From Heterodontus francisci (taxonomy: Eukaryota): a DNA stretch of 64,000 nt. The DNA is taken from NCBI RefSeq assembly GCF_036365525.1, contig NC_090405.1:55530308-55594307 (forward strand). The letters are read 5' to 3'. This document shows, one piece after another, positions 50,196 to 63,087 of this stretch. Positions within the stretch are counted from its first letter, which is position 1. Each line of letters begins with the position of its first letter. Below the pieces are notes generated by a model. It did no database searches. It was not told the DNA's origin and was given only the letters and a program-made list of their open reading frames with translations. The translations under genes and the position numbers were made by a program.

Positions 50196-50943
50196 AGACT
50201 GGCGGACAGAGAGCACTGGAGACAAGCAGCAAGAAACGGGCTGTAATCAACACTGCCCTGAGTTCCATTTGTTTAACAATCAGAATGAGCCTCCAGATTG
50301 ACGAGAGGAGACAAAAATCCTGGAATCATTTAAGGAATGAACAAATTCTGAAATGGGGGAGGGATTAATAGGGTTTTTTCTGCACATATGAATGAAGATG
50401 GACCAAATGGCTTTCCTCATCCATAATTATCTTGTAATCTTGTTACTCACACTGAACATTTTCATTTTATTATAATGTACAATACAGGATTTGTTTATCG
50501 ACACCTGTTGAATCAGTCTAAGGTCAAGTCACCATTAGATCAATCTCTAACAGTTAAAGGGAAATATAAGTGGGACCAGACTGTGGTTTAATCCTTTACC
50601 AAACCTTCATCAGACTCAGTTGCACGGCTGTTGCTATAGCTACTAATTATTCATCATTTATATAAAATCATTAGTGTCTGAGACAGCTGCAATAGGCAAA
50701 TTGCAAATCTTGTCAAATATATTTGTGCAGGGGGAGCTCCTTTGGAGATGGTCCAAAGCATCTGGCCTGAAAGCACAATGGGATTGTTAGCTGCTTGATG
50801 GAATGAGTCACCCTGGACCAGGTTTGTCCAACATAGGGCCCGCGGACCAGCATCCAGCCCACATGTGTAAACTCTACCGGGTTGTTCCTCATCCTCGCCA
50901 GGGGTCCATGACTGGAGAGAAGAAATTTCCCTTTGTTTTCTTC

Positions 50944-51180
50944 CTGCAGACCGGCTTTTAAAAAACATCGCAAGTCAGTTTCACAGTTGACAGCTGCTGC
51001 ATGACAGTGGGAACAGCCGTTTCCCAACTTTGGATAGTTTCGGGGTTTTCCGGCGGGCTTTTAAACAAAAGTCAGAACCCGCCAGAAAACCGCGAATCTG
51101 TCCAAAGTTGGGAAACAGCTGTTTCCGATGTCAGCAGCTCTCAGCTGTGAAACTCGGCGCGATTTTTGAAACCATCTGCT
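50944..51180. repeat. ~235-bp imperfect inverted repeat (long hairpin)
   Basis: GTTTCACAGTTGACAGCTGCTG...GTTTCCCAACTTTGGA...GGCGGG pairs with CCCGCC...TCCAAAGTTGGGAAAC...CAGCAGCTCTCAGCTGTGAAAC. Confidence 0.85.
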
Positions 51181-51207
51181 GAGCATTCCCACTCTCTGCA
51201 ACTGTCA

Positions 51208-51640
51208 AAGAGAGAGAGAGAGAGAGAGAGAGAAAGGGGGGCAGAAAGAAAAAGGGGGACAGAAAAAAAACGGAGGACAAAGAGAAAAAGGGGGACAGAG
51301 AGACAAAAAGGGAGACAGAGAGGGGGCAGAGAGAATGAGGGGGGACAGAGTGAGTGAGGGGAGACAGAGACAGTGAGGGGAGACAGAGAGAGTGAGGGGA
51401 GACAGAGAGAGTGAGGGGAGACAGAGCTAGTGAGGGAAGATAGAGAGAGGGGAGACAGAGAGAGTGAGGGGAGACAGAGAGAGTGAGGGGGCACAGTCAG
51501 TGAGAGGGAGCACAGAGAGTGAGAGAGGGCACAGGGGGCGAGGACGACATGGGGGGACAACACAGAGGGGGGAACAACACAGAGAGGGAGGAACTACACA
51601 GAGAGAGGGGAACACTGGGAGACAGAGAGGGAGAGAGAGC
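51208..51640 (+). repeat. GA-rich low-complexity tract
   Basis: (GA)n and GAGGGGAGACAGAGAGAGT-like repeats. Confidence 0.85.
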
Positions 51641-52529
51641 GATGAAGATCACTTCTGACAGAATGACACCTGTCCAGAATACTCCACATCGCTACAAGTG
51701 TGTGGGCAAACACTGACTACTTGTGCAAGCAACAAAAATGCCAGGTATCTCACTAAATCAGTGTCCAACATAGTGAAGAGAAAGTAAGTCAATAAAATAG
51801 TCTTCTCATTTAAAACTTTTTCACAAAAATGTACATTTGCTGTTTTGATTAATAGCAAGATAAATTTTTAATGTCTTTATCTTTCCGAAATTCTCACTGG
51901 CTCCTTGTGTAAGACAAAAATTGTAATGTGGCCACCATACACCCCCCACACAAAAAGATTGGACACCCCTGCTCGAGACAATACAGTGATCATTTATTTG
52001 AACAATTCATCAAGAAGCTCAGATCATTTGTTGGTCTTTACCCAATGGGGCCCGGGGTGGGGAGGCAGCAAGGACTGCCTGTGGCTCTGTGCCCACGTTA
52101 GGGAGCAGGCACACAGAAGCTGCAGATTCACACAGAGTCGTGTTCAAGTCCCTGGTCAATGCACTGATTCAAAGATTACGTTATCGCAAACATTCATTTT
52201 TAAAATGGACAATACCCTCCCCGGTAGAGCTTCCTTCTCTTTTACACATATAATGGCATCTCAGGAAAGCTGCTAATAACTAGACTGTGAATTACATTCC
52301 AAACTGCTGACAAATTGATGAAGTGTCACCAGGTGATTACACATCAGAAATGTTGAGCACTTCAGTGATCAAAAGGCCAGGTCATCAAATTGCAGGCAAT
52401 TCAGCTAAGCGAGCTGCAGACGTAACATAATTACTCCAGATGAATTCAATCATCCTCCATGTCACCCGCAGTGGAAAATACACACGCCACTGAAATATGA
52501 GAATCCAGCTTTTGAAATAGGGAGGAAAA

Positions 52530-53136
52530 GAGGTCGAGTACAAGAGCAGTGAAGTCTTGTTTCAATTGTATAGAACCTTAGTTAGACTGCACCTAGAGTA
52601 CTGTGTACAGTTTTGGTCCCCTTACCTTAGGAAGGATATTATTGCCATAGAGGGAGTGCAACGAAGGTTCACCAGATTTGTTCCCGGGATGGCAGGACTG
52701 TCCTATGAAGAGAGATTGGAGAAACTGGGCCTGTATTGACTACTGTTTCAAAGAATGAGAGGTGATCTCATTGAAACCTACAAAATACTTAAAGGGATAA
52801 ACAGGGTAGATGCAGGTAAGATGTTTCCCCTGGTTGGGGAGTCTAGAACCAGGAGACACAATTTCAAAATTGTGAGGCCACTTAGGACAGAGATGAGGAG
52901 AAATTTCTTTACTCAGAGGGTTGTGAATCTTTGGAATTCTTTACCCCAGAGGGCTGTGGAAGCTCAGTCCATTGAGTATGTTTAAAGCAGAGATTGAGAG
53001 ATTTCTAACTACCAATGATATAAAGGCATATGGGGATAATGTGGGAAAAAAGGCATTGAAGTGGATGATCAGCCATGATCATATTGAATGGCAGAGCAGG
53101 CCCGAAGGGCTGAATGGCCTACTCCTGTTCCTATAT
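52530..53136 (+). mobile_element. CR1 LINE 3' fragment
   Basis: LYRTLVRLHLEYCVQFWSPYLRKD, 3'UTR. Confidence 0.92.
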
Positions 53137-53312
53137 TCATATGAATGAACAAAAGGTGGGAACGTGACTAAAGTTACCACAGTTCCAAAAGACTGAACAC
53201 TGCACTTCACTCTTATACAAAGTCACGACAAAGAACCAGGAACAAATCATGTTGTTTGCTGATTTGCTCCCCTCTTGTTCTGAGGGTACTGCTGGTGCGC
53301 TCCAGAAACACA

Positions 53313-54030
53313 GGGCAGGATGTTTGGGCCCTGCCGAGGTCAGGAATGGAGGTGGATGAGGCCCGAAAATACCAGCACTAGCCGGCATGCCAGTTTCCCG
53401 ACCCTGTTGCTAGTGTCGACCTATTTGGCCAAGGTAGGTTTGGGGCGCAGCATGGCTGCCACCTCTACAAGCGGGAAGCTAATTAGGCTCATTAAGAGCC
53501 TTGTTAAAGGGATTTTCCAGTTGGCCTCCAGTTTCCCAATGGATGAGGGGGCTGTTTAACTGCCTGAAGGTGGGCACCCAGTGGCAGGACAGGGTGCCAG
53601 TAATCCATGTGGGCCTATAGGCCCTCCCTGTCTGCCTAGGTGGGGGTGCAGCCAAAGGTACCCCTGTAGAGGGATCTTTCTCCCCACCCCACCACCAACC
53701 CCACATTGGTGGCCTGGCTGCTTTCTCTGTTTTTTAATTGATTTGTTAAATAAGTTGGCGAGAGGATGCTTCCATGTTGAAACACCCTCTCGGTTATTTA
53801 CCCTTTACTGCAATGGTTTCTCCTCTCAAGCTGGAAGGCCTCTGATTGGCCCTGCAGACTCAAGAGCCTGCCCACCACCCTAATTGTACAGGGAACCTGT
53901 CTCCATGTCAATCAGGGGGATACCCCCACTAAAATTCCAGGGCACTGTCTGCTTACCCCCAAGGGGCAGGTACAGGACCCGGAAACAGTCCCAGCTCCCG
54001 TTTCCTGCCCCCAAACTGCAAATTCAGCCC
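53313..54030. mobile_element. MITE-like insertion inside repeat copy B
   Basis: GGGCAGGATGTTT...AAATTCAGCCC; the flanks CCAGAAACACA and GTCTCAC are contiguous in copy A. Confidence 0.7.
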
Positions 54031-54433
54031 ACTGTCTCACATTAGTGTCTGTAAAAGTGTTGGTTTAAATTTTATTCCTGTGATTAATCTAGGGTCCTAG
54101 AGGGAGTTTCTGTGAACGCCTTCTTGTTTAATTCTTGCTCTGATTGTTTTTTGTGCAGTGTCAGTTTCCAGTCTCTGGTGACCAAGCCAGCTTGCTACAC
54201 GTGAGTGTAGCCCTCCCCCCAGTTTATATCGCCGATTACCATACTCAATAAGCAAAAATAACCCAAAGTGTGACATATTTTGTGTGTGATCGTCTCACCT
54301 TAAATTGCTCCCACTGCTAGCAGCAGTGATAAAGTAACCTTCAGTATTTCACCTCAGTGTCACACAGCTCAGAGTGCTCATCAAACACAATCCACGTTTG
54401 GGAGGACGGAACTTGCAATTGTACTGCTGAGTT

Positions 54434-54772
54434 ATAAAGACGTCTGCAAACGCGACATGAAATCGTGTGACATTGATCACAAGTCGTGGGAGTCAGTTGC
54501 CAGCATTCGCCAGAGCTGGCGGGCAGCCATAAAGACAGGGCTAAATTGTGGCGAGTCGAAGAGACTTAGTAGTTGGCAGGAAAAAAGACAGAGGCGCAAG
54601 GGGAGAGCCAACTGTGCAACAGCCCCAACAAACAAATTTCTCTGCAGCACCTGTGGAAGAGCCTGTCACTCCAGAATTGGCCTTTATAGCCACTCCAGGC
54701 GCTGCTTCACAAACCACTGACCACCTCCAGGCGCGTATCCATTGTCTCTCGAGATAAGGAGGCCCAAAAGAA
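54434..54772 (+). mobile_element. RTE LINE 3' end with an 11-bp target-site duplication
   Basis: C2H2-like FLCSTCGRACHSRIGLYSHSRRC; ACTGCTGAGTT at 54423-54433 and 54773-54783. Confidence 0.92.
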
Positions 54773-55068
54773 ACTGCTGAGTTCAAGTGGGAGTAGATTG
54801 GAGATTTGACAAACTTTAGTGCTACACTCTCAGGGTAATTCTCCAGTATTTTCCTAAATGACCATTCCCTAGTGAGTCCCTGGACATGGTAACTGCAGGT
54901 TAACCAATCATGGTAGGCATCAGAGTTGTGCTGCTTCCTGCCCATAGCTGATGCACATTTTCTAGTTGGGAGTAGGGCATTGATTAGCGATCAGGACACA
55001 GAACTCTGGCTGATTTTCCCTACCCAGCCTGTGGGACACAAAGGCTCAAAGCATTGCCCCAACTGAGA

Positions 55069-57352
55069 TTAACAATCTTGTTGTGCGGGGTGCCTTGGGG
55101 AGGAGCGACCATAACATGATAGAATTCTTCATTAAGATGGAGAATGAAATAGTTGAATCTGAAACTAGGGTCCTGAATCTAAATAAAGGAAACTATGAAG
55201 GTATGAGGCACGAGTTGGTCATGGTAGATTGGGGAACTTTACTAAAAGGGTTGACGGTGGATAGGAAATGGATAATATTTAAAGAGCGTGTGCATGAATT
55301 ACAACAATTATTCATTCTTGTCTGGCGCAAAAATAAAACCGGAAAGGTGGCTCAATCGTGGCTTACAAAAGAAATTAGGGGTAGCTGTAGATCCAAAGAG
55401 GAGGCAGATAAAATTGCCAGAAAAAGCAGCAAGTCTGAGGATTGGGAGCAGTTTAGAATTCAGCAAAGGAGGACAAAGAGGTTGATTAAGCGGGGGAAAA
55501 TAGAGCATGAGAGTAAACTTGCGGGGAACATAAAAACTGACTGTACAAGCTTCTATAAATATGTGAAGAGAAAATGTAGGTCCCTTACAGTCATAAACGG
55601 GGGAAATTATAATGGGGAACAAAGAAATGGCAGAACAATTAAATATATACTTTGGTTCTGTCATTACAAAGGAGGAAGCAAATAACCTCCCAGAAATGTT
55701 TGGGAACTAAGGGTCTAATGAGAGGGAGGGACTGAAGGAAATCAGTATTGGTAAAAAAATAGTGCGAGGGAAATTAATGGGGTTAAAGGCTGACAAATCC
55801 CCAGGGCCTGATAATCTACATCCCAGAGTACTAAAGGAAGTGGCCCTGGAAATAGTGGATGCATTGGTGGTCATCTTCCAAAATTCTATAGATTCTGGAG
55901 CAGTTTCTACAGATTGGAAGGTGGCAAATGTAACCCCACAATTTAAAAAAGGACAGAGAGAAAACACAGGGAACTACAGACCAGTTAGCCTTACATCAGT
56001 AGTGGGGAAAATGCTAGAATCTATTATAAAGGATGTGACAGCAGAAACGCGATTGGACAAAGTCAGCATGGGTTTACGAAAGGGAAATCATGCTTAACAA
56101 ATTTACTGGAGTTTTTTGAGGATGTAACTAGTAGAATAGCTAAGGCAGAACCAGTGGATGTGGTGTATTTAGATTTTCAGAAGGCTTTTGATAAGGTCCC
56201 ACATAAGAGGTTAGTGTGCAAAATTAAAGCACATGGGATTGGGGGTAATATACTGGCATGGATTGAGAATTGGTTGACAGACAGGAAACAGAGAGTAGGA
56301 ACAAATGGGTCTTTTTCCGGGTGACAGGCAGTGACTAGTGGGGTACCACAGGGATTAGTGCTTGGGCCCCAGCTATTCACAATATATATTAATGACTTAG
56401 GTGAGTGAACTAGATGTTACATTTCCAAGTTTGCAGATGACACAAAGCTGGTGGATTGTGAGCTGTGAGGAGGACGCAAAGAGGCTCCAATGTGATTTGG
56501 ACAAGTTGGGTGAGTGGGCAAATGCATGGCAGATGCAGTATAACGTGGATAAATGTGAGGTTATCCACTTTGGTTGTAAAAACAAAAAGGCAGACTATTA
56601 TCTGAACGGTGATAGTTTGGGAAAGGAGGAGGTCCAGCGAGACCTGCGTGTCCTTGTACACCAGTTGCTGAAAGCAAGCCTTCAGGTATAGCAAGCAATT
56701 AGGAAGGTGAATGGTATGTTGGCCTTCATTGCAAGAGGATTTGAGTATAGGAGCAAGGATGTCGCTGCAATTATACAAGGCCTTGGTGAGACCACATCTG
56801 GAGTACTGTGTGTAGTTTTGGTCTCCTTATCTGAGGAAGGATGTTCTTGCCATGGAGGGAGTGCAAAGAGGATTTACTAGGTTGATTCCTGGGATGGCAG
56901 CATTGACGTATGAGGAGCGATTGGGTCAACTAGGCCTACATCCGCTAGAGTTTAGAAGAATGAGAGGGGATCTCATAGCAACCTACAAAATTCGAACAGG
57001 TTTAGACAGGCTAGATGCAGGAAGGATGTTCCCGATGGCTGGGGGGTCCAGAACCAGGGGTCACAGTCTCAGGAAACGGGTATGCCATTGAGAACTGAGA
57101 TGAGGAGAAAATTCTTCACTCAGAGGGTGCTGAACCTGTGGAATCCTCTACCGCAGAAGGCAATGGAGGCCAAGTCATTAAATATATTCAAGAAGGAGAT
57201 AGATAAATTTCTTATATCCAAAGGGATCAAGGGATATGAGGAAAAAGTGGGAACAGGGTACTGAATTAGATGATCAGCCATGATCTTTTTTGAATGGCGG
57301 AACAGGCCTGAAGGGCCGAATGGCCTACTCCTGCTCCTTTTTTCTATGTTTC
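55069..57352 (+). mobile_element. CR1 LINE, same subfamily as 45968-48190
   Basis: LGRSDHNMIEF (endonuclease end) through RT to 3'UTR; stops and frameshifts. Confidence 0.95.
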
Positions 57353-58157
57353 TATTAAGCACAGTTCAGGGATGGAACCTGATGGGGGAGGCAAGAAATG
57401 GGACTACTACAGACAAACCAGCACAGTAACGCCTCCGAGACGCAGAAAGAGCTGTGTACATTCAACAGCTGTGAAAACCCAGAATCAGCTAAATAAGCTG
57501 GTGGAGGCTACACTCACAACTGTTGTGAGCAGGCCCAGTCACCGAAGACTGGAAACTGGCAGTGTACAAAAAAAAAATGAGAGCAAGAATTGAATGACAT
57601 GTCTTTCACAGAAACTCCCTCTAGGACTCTAGATTAGTTTTAGGATTTAAATGTAAACAAATACTTTTGCAGACACTAAAGTGGCACTGTGCTTCTGGAA
57701 GGCATTATACTTGTCCCACCAGCAACACCCTCAAAATAGGAGGGGAGCAAATCAGCACATAACACATTGCTGTTACTGGTTCTGTTTCTGAAGAGTCTTA
57801 CCAAATGAGGGAGAAAGGAATAGCAGGCTATGTTTACAGGATGATGTGAATTAAGGTGGGAGGATGCCTGTGTGGAGCATAAATCCCAACTGTTGGGCTG
57901 AATGACCTGTTTCTGTGTAATCCCCTCCAAACGTACACTGATAAACAGACAAAGCTTCCACTCAGAGCATCCATCCCACAGACCTTAACTACACACATCA
58001 CACCCTCCGCTGCCCGAAGCACTGTTATATTAGGAAATGGGCTGTGGCCTGATCCTATAGAAAGGTTCTGTACCAACCAAACTAAGAGCGATCAGAAAAG
58101 ACGCTGAGAGTGGCTCCAGCACACACACAGTCTCAATTACAAGTTCAGTTATCATAC

Positions 58158-58294
58158 CTTGAACACTCAGCTCTGCCTGAGCTTGTAAGGTCTCATTCCC
58201 AGTCTCTGCAAAACATTCGTAAATCCCAGCATCTTCTTCTGTGACGTCACCGATCTGTAGACTACCACCTCCGACCAAAGTAATCCTCTGGGAG
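58158..58294 (-). CDS. NEO1: NEO1 exon ~5 (137 nt), Ig3 C-terminal half
   Basis: tgtag|C TCC CAG...GTT CAA G|gtatga; [45 protein letters not shown]. Confidence 0.95.
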
Positions 58295-58409
58295 CTACAG
58301 CATTTAGACAGTCATTAGTATGAACACAACATCATCAAAAATAAACTGAAAACAGCAGGAACAAAAAACAATAATCCTGTCAACTGGTGAATATCCTCCC
58401 CTATCCCCC

Positions 58410-58585
58410 CCTCGCTGGGTCAAGTTCCTGGAACTCCCTCCCTTACAGCACTGTGGGTGTACCTATACCACATGGACTGTAGCGGTTCAAGAAGGCGCCT
58501 CACCACCACCTTGTCCAGGGCAATTAGGGATGTGAAATAGCCAGCCTGGCCAGATTGCTCATATCCCAAAACTTAATTTTTAAAA
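58410..58585 (+). mobile_element. 3' end of the tRNA-headed LINE family
   Basis: TCGCTGGGTCAA...CCTGGAACTCCCT...GGGCAATTAGGGATG. Confidence 0.8.
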
Positions 58586-58619
58586 ATACAGACTTTCCCA
58601 TTCATTCTCTGAATTCTCC

Positions 58620-58845
58620 GCACCAACCACCACCAGCCCCACCCTCCCACCCCGACCACCACCCCACCGCCCACCCCCCTTGTCCCACCCCCCTTCCCCC
58701 CACCAACCCCCTTCCCCCCACCACCACCACCCCCCCTCCCACACCCACAACCACCACCAACCCCCTCCCACCCCCACCCACCCCGCCACACCCCCCCTCC
58801 CACCCCCACTTCCCCACCACCACCCTACCTCCCCACCACCACCCT
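58620..58845 (+). repeat. C-rich low-complexity tract
   Basis: CCCA/CCAC runs. Confidence 0.8.
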
Positions 58846-59539
58846 TAATTACTCGCTTTTGATTTCAATATTTGTATGATTTTCACCTTAGGGTCAATTC
58901 ATCTTGAAGTGAAAGTTGGTCAATGTGTTTGTGTCTCCACAGCTTGAACTTCTCAATAACAAAAGAAAACCACTCCACAATAACAACTTCTCCTCATTTC
59001 AGTCATGGTTTTTCATTAACACACAAAAGTTCAATAAATGAGGAATAACTGAAAGATTTTCCTCGCTTCAAATTAATTAACTGGAACACTTTGACACGTC
59101 TCCCTGTGACACTCCTGGAATAGGATTTATATTAAACTCTGGTCTCCAAAGTCCCATACCTCGTCACCTTATTCTATAGGACTCACACAGTCAGTAGTTC
59201 TGCCCCACCATCCACCCTCCCTGACCCCACCCACAATCATTGCAATGATCAATTCAGCACAGAGACAGGGGTAAAGGAACTTCTCGCTTTCATACTGAGG
59301 CACGCAAACCAGATGACCCCAGGTTACACTCTTAGTGAGTTCACTGATCTCAGTCGGATCAGTGGTTCAAACGCTACAATTAGCTCCAGCACTTCAGGGA
59401 GATGGAAGGAAAAAAGTCATGGTTCTCATGTGTGACCACTGTCCAGTGATTCCAATGGGCATGAGTGAATGTTGGGTGAGGACAGATTTGCACTGTGATG
59501 CCTCCACAGTAGAGTAGCTGGCCACTGGGGATACTGGAT

Positions 59540-60570
59540 AAATTGAAACTTCCAAGGCTGAAATTGATAAACTTATATTCCATAAGAGCATCAAGGATCA
59601 GCATTTGGGGAGGTCAAACAAGGCAAAGGAATACACGATTAATGGGAGAATACAGAGAGGTGTAGAGGAAGTGAGGGACCTTGGAGTGCATGTCCACAGA
59701 TCTCTGAAAGTAGCAGGACAGGTCAATAAGGTGGTTAAGAAAGCATATGGAATCCTTCCCTTTATTAGCTGAGGTATAGAATATAAGAGCAGGGAGGTTA
59801 TGCTGAAACTGTATCACTCATTGATTAGGCCACAACTTGAGTTCTGTGTGCAGTTCTGGTCACCTCATTACAGAAAGGATGTAATTGCACTAGAGAGAGT
59901 ACAGAGGAGATTTATGAGGATGTTGCCAGGACTGGAAAAATGCAGCTGTGAGGAAAGATTGGATAGACTGGGGTTGTTCTCCTTGGAACAGAGAAGGCTG
60001 AGGGGAGATCTGATTGAAATGTACAATATTTTGAGGGGCCTGGATAGAGTGGAGGTGAAGGGTCTATTCATCTTAGCAGAGAGGTCAGTGACAAGGGGAC
60101 ATAGATTTAAAGTGATTGGTAGAAAAATTAGAGGGGAGATGAGGAAAGACATTTTTTACCCAGAGGGTGGTGCAGGTCTGGAACTTGCTGCCTGAAAGGG
60201 TAGTTGGGGCAGAAAACCACAACTCATTCAAAAGGAATCTGGATATGCACCTCAAGTGCTGTAATCTGTAGGACTACGGACCAAATGCTGAAAGGTGGGA
60301 TTAGAATAGGTGGATCGATTTTCGGCCGGCACAGACACGATGGGCCAAGTGGCCTCTTTCTGTGCCTTAAACATTCTATGATTCTAAGAGCAAAGGTCAG
60401 TAAATGGAGCTGAGGTACTGATCAACATGAAGTATCCTTTGGTTAGGCGAGGGTATTCAGGGTCACAGAAGCCAAGGCAGGTAGATGGAATTAAGATACA
60501 GAGCAGCCACAACCTAACGAATGGCAGAAGAGGCTCAAGGGGCTGAATGGCCTCCTCCTGTTCCTATGTC
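59540..60570 (+). mobile_element. CR1 3' fragments (nested or adjacent)
   Basis: LYHSLIRPQLEFCVQFWSPHYRKDVIALERVQRRF; two 3'UTR ends. Confidence 0.88.
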
Positions 60571-61584
60571 AGAAGGAACGGCACCTTGGGCCACCAATCA
60601 GAGGGCATTCATTTAACAGTCAGCCCCTCTAAGAGAGAAAAGGAAAGAAAATCAGCCAAAAGTTGAAATCTGTCCAAGTTGCTTTGCCAATGCAGTTCTC
60701 CCTCCCCGAATGAACTAAATTCTGGTGTAAAATCTTGGATATATAAATGACTCTCAGCTCAAAGCAAGATATGCTGGATAGTGGGGAGATTTTTTTTCTT
60801 AAAGAAAAGAACACATAAATGAGGTTGAAGCACATTATTGGGCAACATTCCAACACCTAAATGTTAAGTGGTTGGCAAGGAACAAACCCCTGGGTTTAAG
60901 GTGAATTAAAATAAAACAAAATACTATTTAACCACAGTTTTATAGGCCTGACAAGATGCATTTCAGAAGAGAATCTGTAATTAAATATTACGCAAATAGT
61001 ATCCAGATTCAGAGAGGTAGCATCACATTAAAGACTGTTGGAGTTAAGCACTAATTAATAAAATGTGGGTCCAGTTTTTGAATCCTGGTCCTGTGGTTTG
61101 TGTTTGAATTCGATTCTCTCTAGGGCCACCTTGTTTAAGGCCTCTTCAGCACAGAGACTGACCGGACCCAACAGGAGATGAAATAGTCACATACTTGGCA
61201 GTTTTTGGTCCCATTATGTAAATACCTCAATATCACTACACTGCGGGAAATGTTATGTAAAGACAGCACACAGCTTGCCTTAAGTTGAAGCATGGATTAG
61301 TTAGCCGGCTACATCAGCCATCAAGAAACAGGGAAGGCGAGTGTGGGATGCCAGAAAGCTGGGAATCATTATCTGTATGAGACAAGCAAGGATGTTATTG
61401 GGACTTCTGAAGAGGTTGAGAGCAGCAAATTAAAATATTGAAAGAGAGAATGATGCTGCCTGCTGGGCTACAGCTTGGAAACAGAGAATCTCTCTCACAT
61501 GCATACATGCTCACACATGCTCTTATGATCAATCACATACTCATTGAGCCCGATTGTAACTCTGTGCAAGTGGGTGGGTTTTGA

Positions 61585-63087
61585 ATGAGTTCATGGGATG
61601 TGGGCGTCACTGGCTAGAACAGCATTTATTGTCCATCTCTAATTGCCCTTGAGAAGGTGTTGGTGAGCGGCCTTCTTGAACTGCTGTAGTCCTTGGAGTG
61701 TAGATACACCCACAGTGCTTTTAGGAAGGGAGTTCCAGGATTTTGAACCAGTGAAGGAATGGCGATATAGTTCCATGTCAGGATGGTGTGTGGCTTGGAA
61801 GGGAACTTGCAGGTGGAGGTGTTCCCACGCATCTGCTGCCCTTGGCCTTCTAGGTGGTAGAGGTCGCGGGTTTGGAAGGTGCTGTCGAAGGAGCCTTGGT
61901 GAGTTGCTGCAGTGCATTTTGTAGATGGTACACACTGCTGCCACTGTGCGCCGATGGTAGAGGGAGTGAACGTTGGAGGTAGTGGATGGGGCGCCAATCA
62001 AGTGGGCTGCTTTGTCCTGGATGGTGTCGAACTTCTTGTGTTGTTGGAGCTGCACCCGTCCAGGCAAGTGGAGAGTATTCCATCACACTCCTGACTTGTG
62101 CCTTGTAGATAGTGGACAGGCTTTGAGGAGACAGGAAGCAAGTTACTTGCTGTAGGATTCCGAGCCTCAGACTTGCTCTTGTAGGCAAGTATTTAAGTTT
62201 CTGGTTAATGTTAACAACCCAGGATGTTGATAGTGGGGGATTCAGTGATCATAATGCCATTGAATGTCATGGGGAGATGGTTAGATTCTCTTTTTTTGGA
62301 AATGGTCATTGCCTGGCACTTGTGCAGCACGAATATTGCTTGCCACGTATGAGCCCAGGCCTGAATGTTGTCCTGGTCTTGCTGCATGTGGACACAGACT
62401 GGTTCAGCTTCTGAGGAGTCGCGAATGATACTGAACACTGTGCAATCATCAGTGGACATCCCCACCTGACCTTATGATTGAAGGAAGGTCATTGATAAAG
62501 AAGTTGAAGATGGTTAGGCCTTGGACGCTACCCTGAGGAACTCCTGCAGTGATGTCCTGGGGTTAAGATGACTGGCCTCCAACAACCACAACCATCTTCC
62601 TTTGTGCTAGGTATGACTCCAACCAGCGGAGAGTTTTCCCCCCGATTCCCATTGACTCCAGTTTTGCTAGGGCTCCTTGATACTTTACTTGGTCAAATGC
62701 TGCCTTGATGTCAAGGGCAGTCACTCTCACCTCACCTCTGGAGTTCAGCTCCTTTGTCCATGTTTGAACCAAGGCTGTAATGAGGTCAGGAGCTGAGTGG
62801 CCCTGGCGGAACCCAAACTGAGTGTCAGTTATTGCTGAGTAAGTGCTGCTTGATAGCACTGTCGACAACACCTTCCATCACTTTGCTGATGATTGAGAAT
62901 AGACTGATGGAGCAGTAATTGTCTGGATTGGATTTGTCCTCCTTTTTGTGGAGGGGACATACCTGAGCAATTTTCCACATTGTCGGGTAGATGCCAGTAT
63001 TGTAGCTGTACTGGAACAGCTTGGCTAGGGGTGCAGCTAGTTCTGGAGCACAGGTCTTCAGTACTACCGCTGGGATGTTGTCAGGGC
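61585..63087 (-). mobile_element. RT and 3' part of the tRNA-headed L2/CR1-group LINE family
   Basis: PDNIPAVVLKTCAPELAAPLAKLFQYSY, LDIKAAFD, MEYSPLAW; tail GGGCAATTAGAGATGGACAATAAATG. Confidence 0.92.

Larger units (their letters stand above)
6404..58294 (-). other. NEO1: Neogenin gene, internal part (17 exons: Ig3 end, Ig4, FN1-FN6, juxtamembrane exon); the gene continues beyond both ends of this span
   Basis: Spliced translation matches vertebrate neogenin rather than DCC ([48 protein letters not shown]). All introns are GT-AG with compatible phases. Confidence 0.96.

Noticed and set aside
6404-58294. Calling the gene DCC
   Set aside because: Ig4, FN5, FN6 and the 33-nt exon match neogenin-specific sequence.
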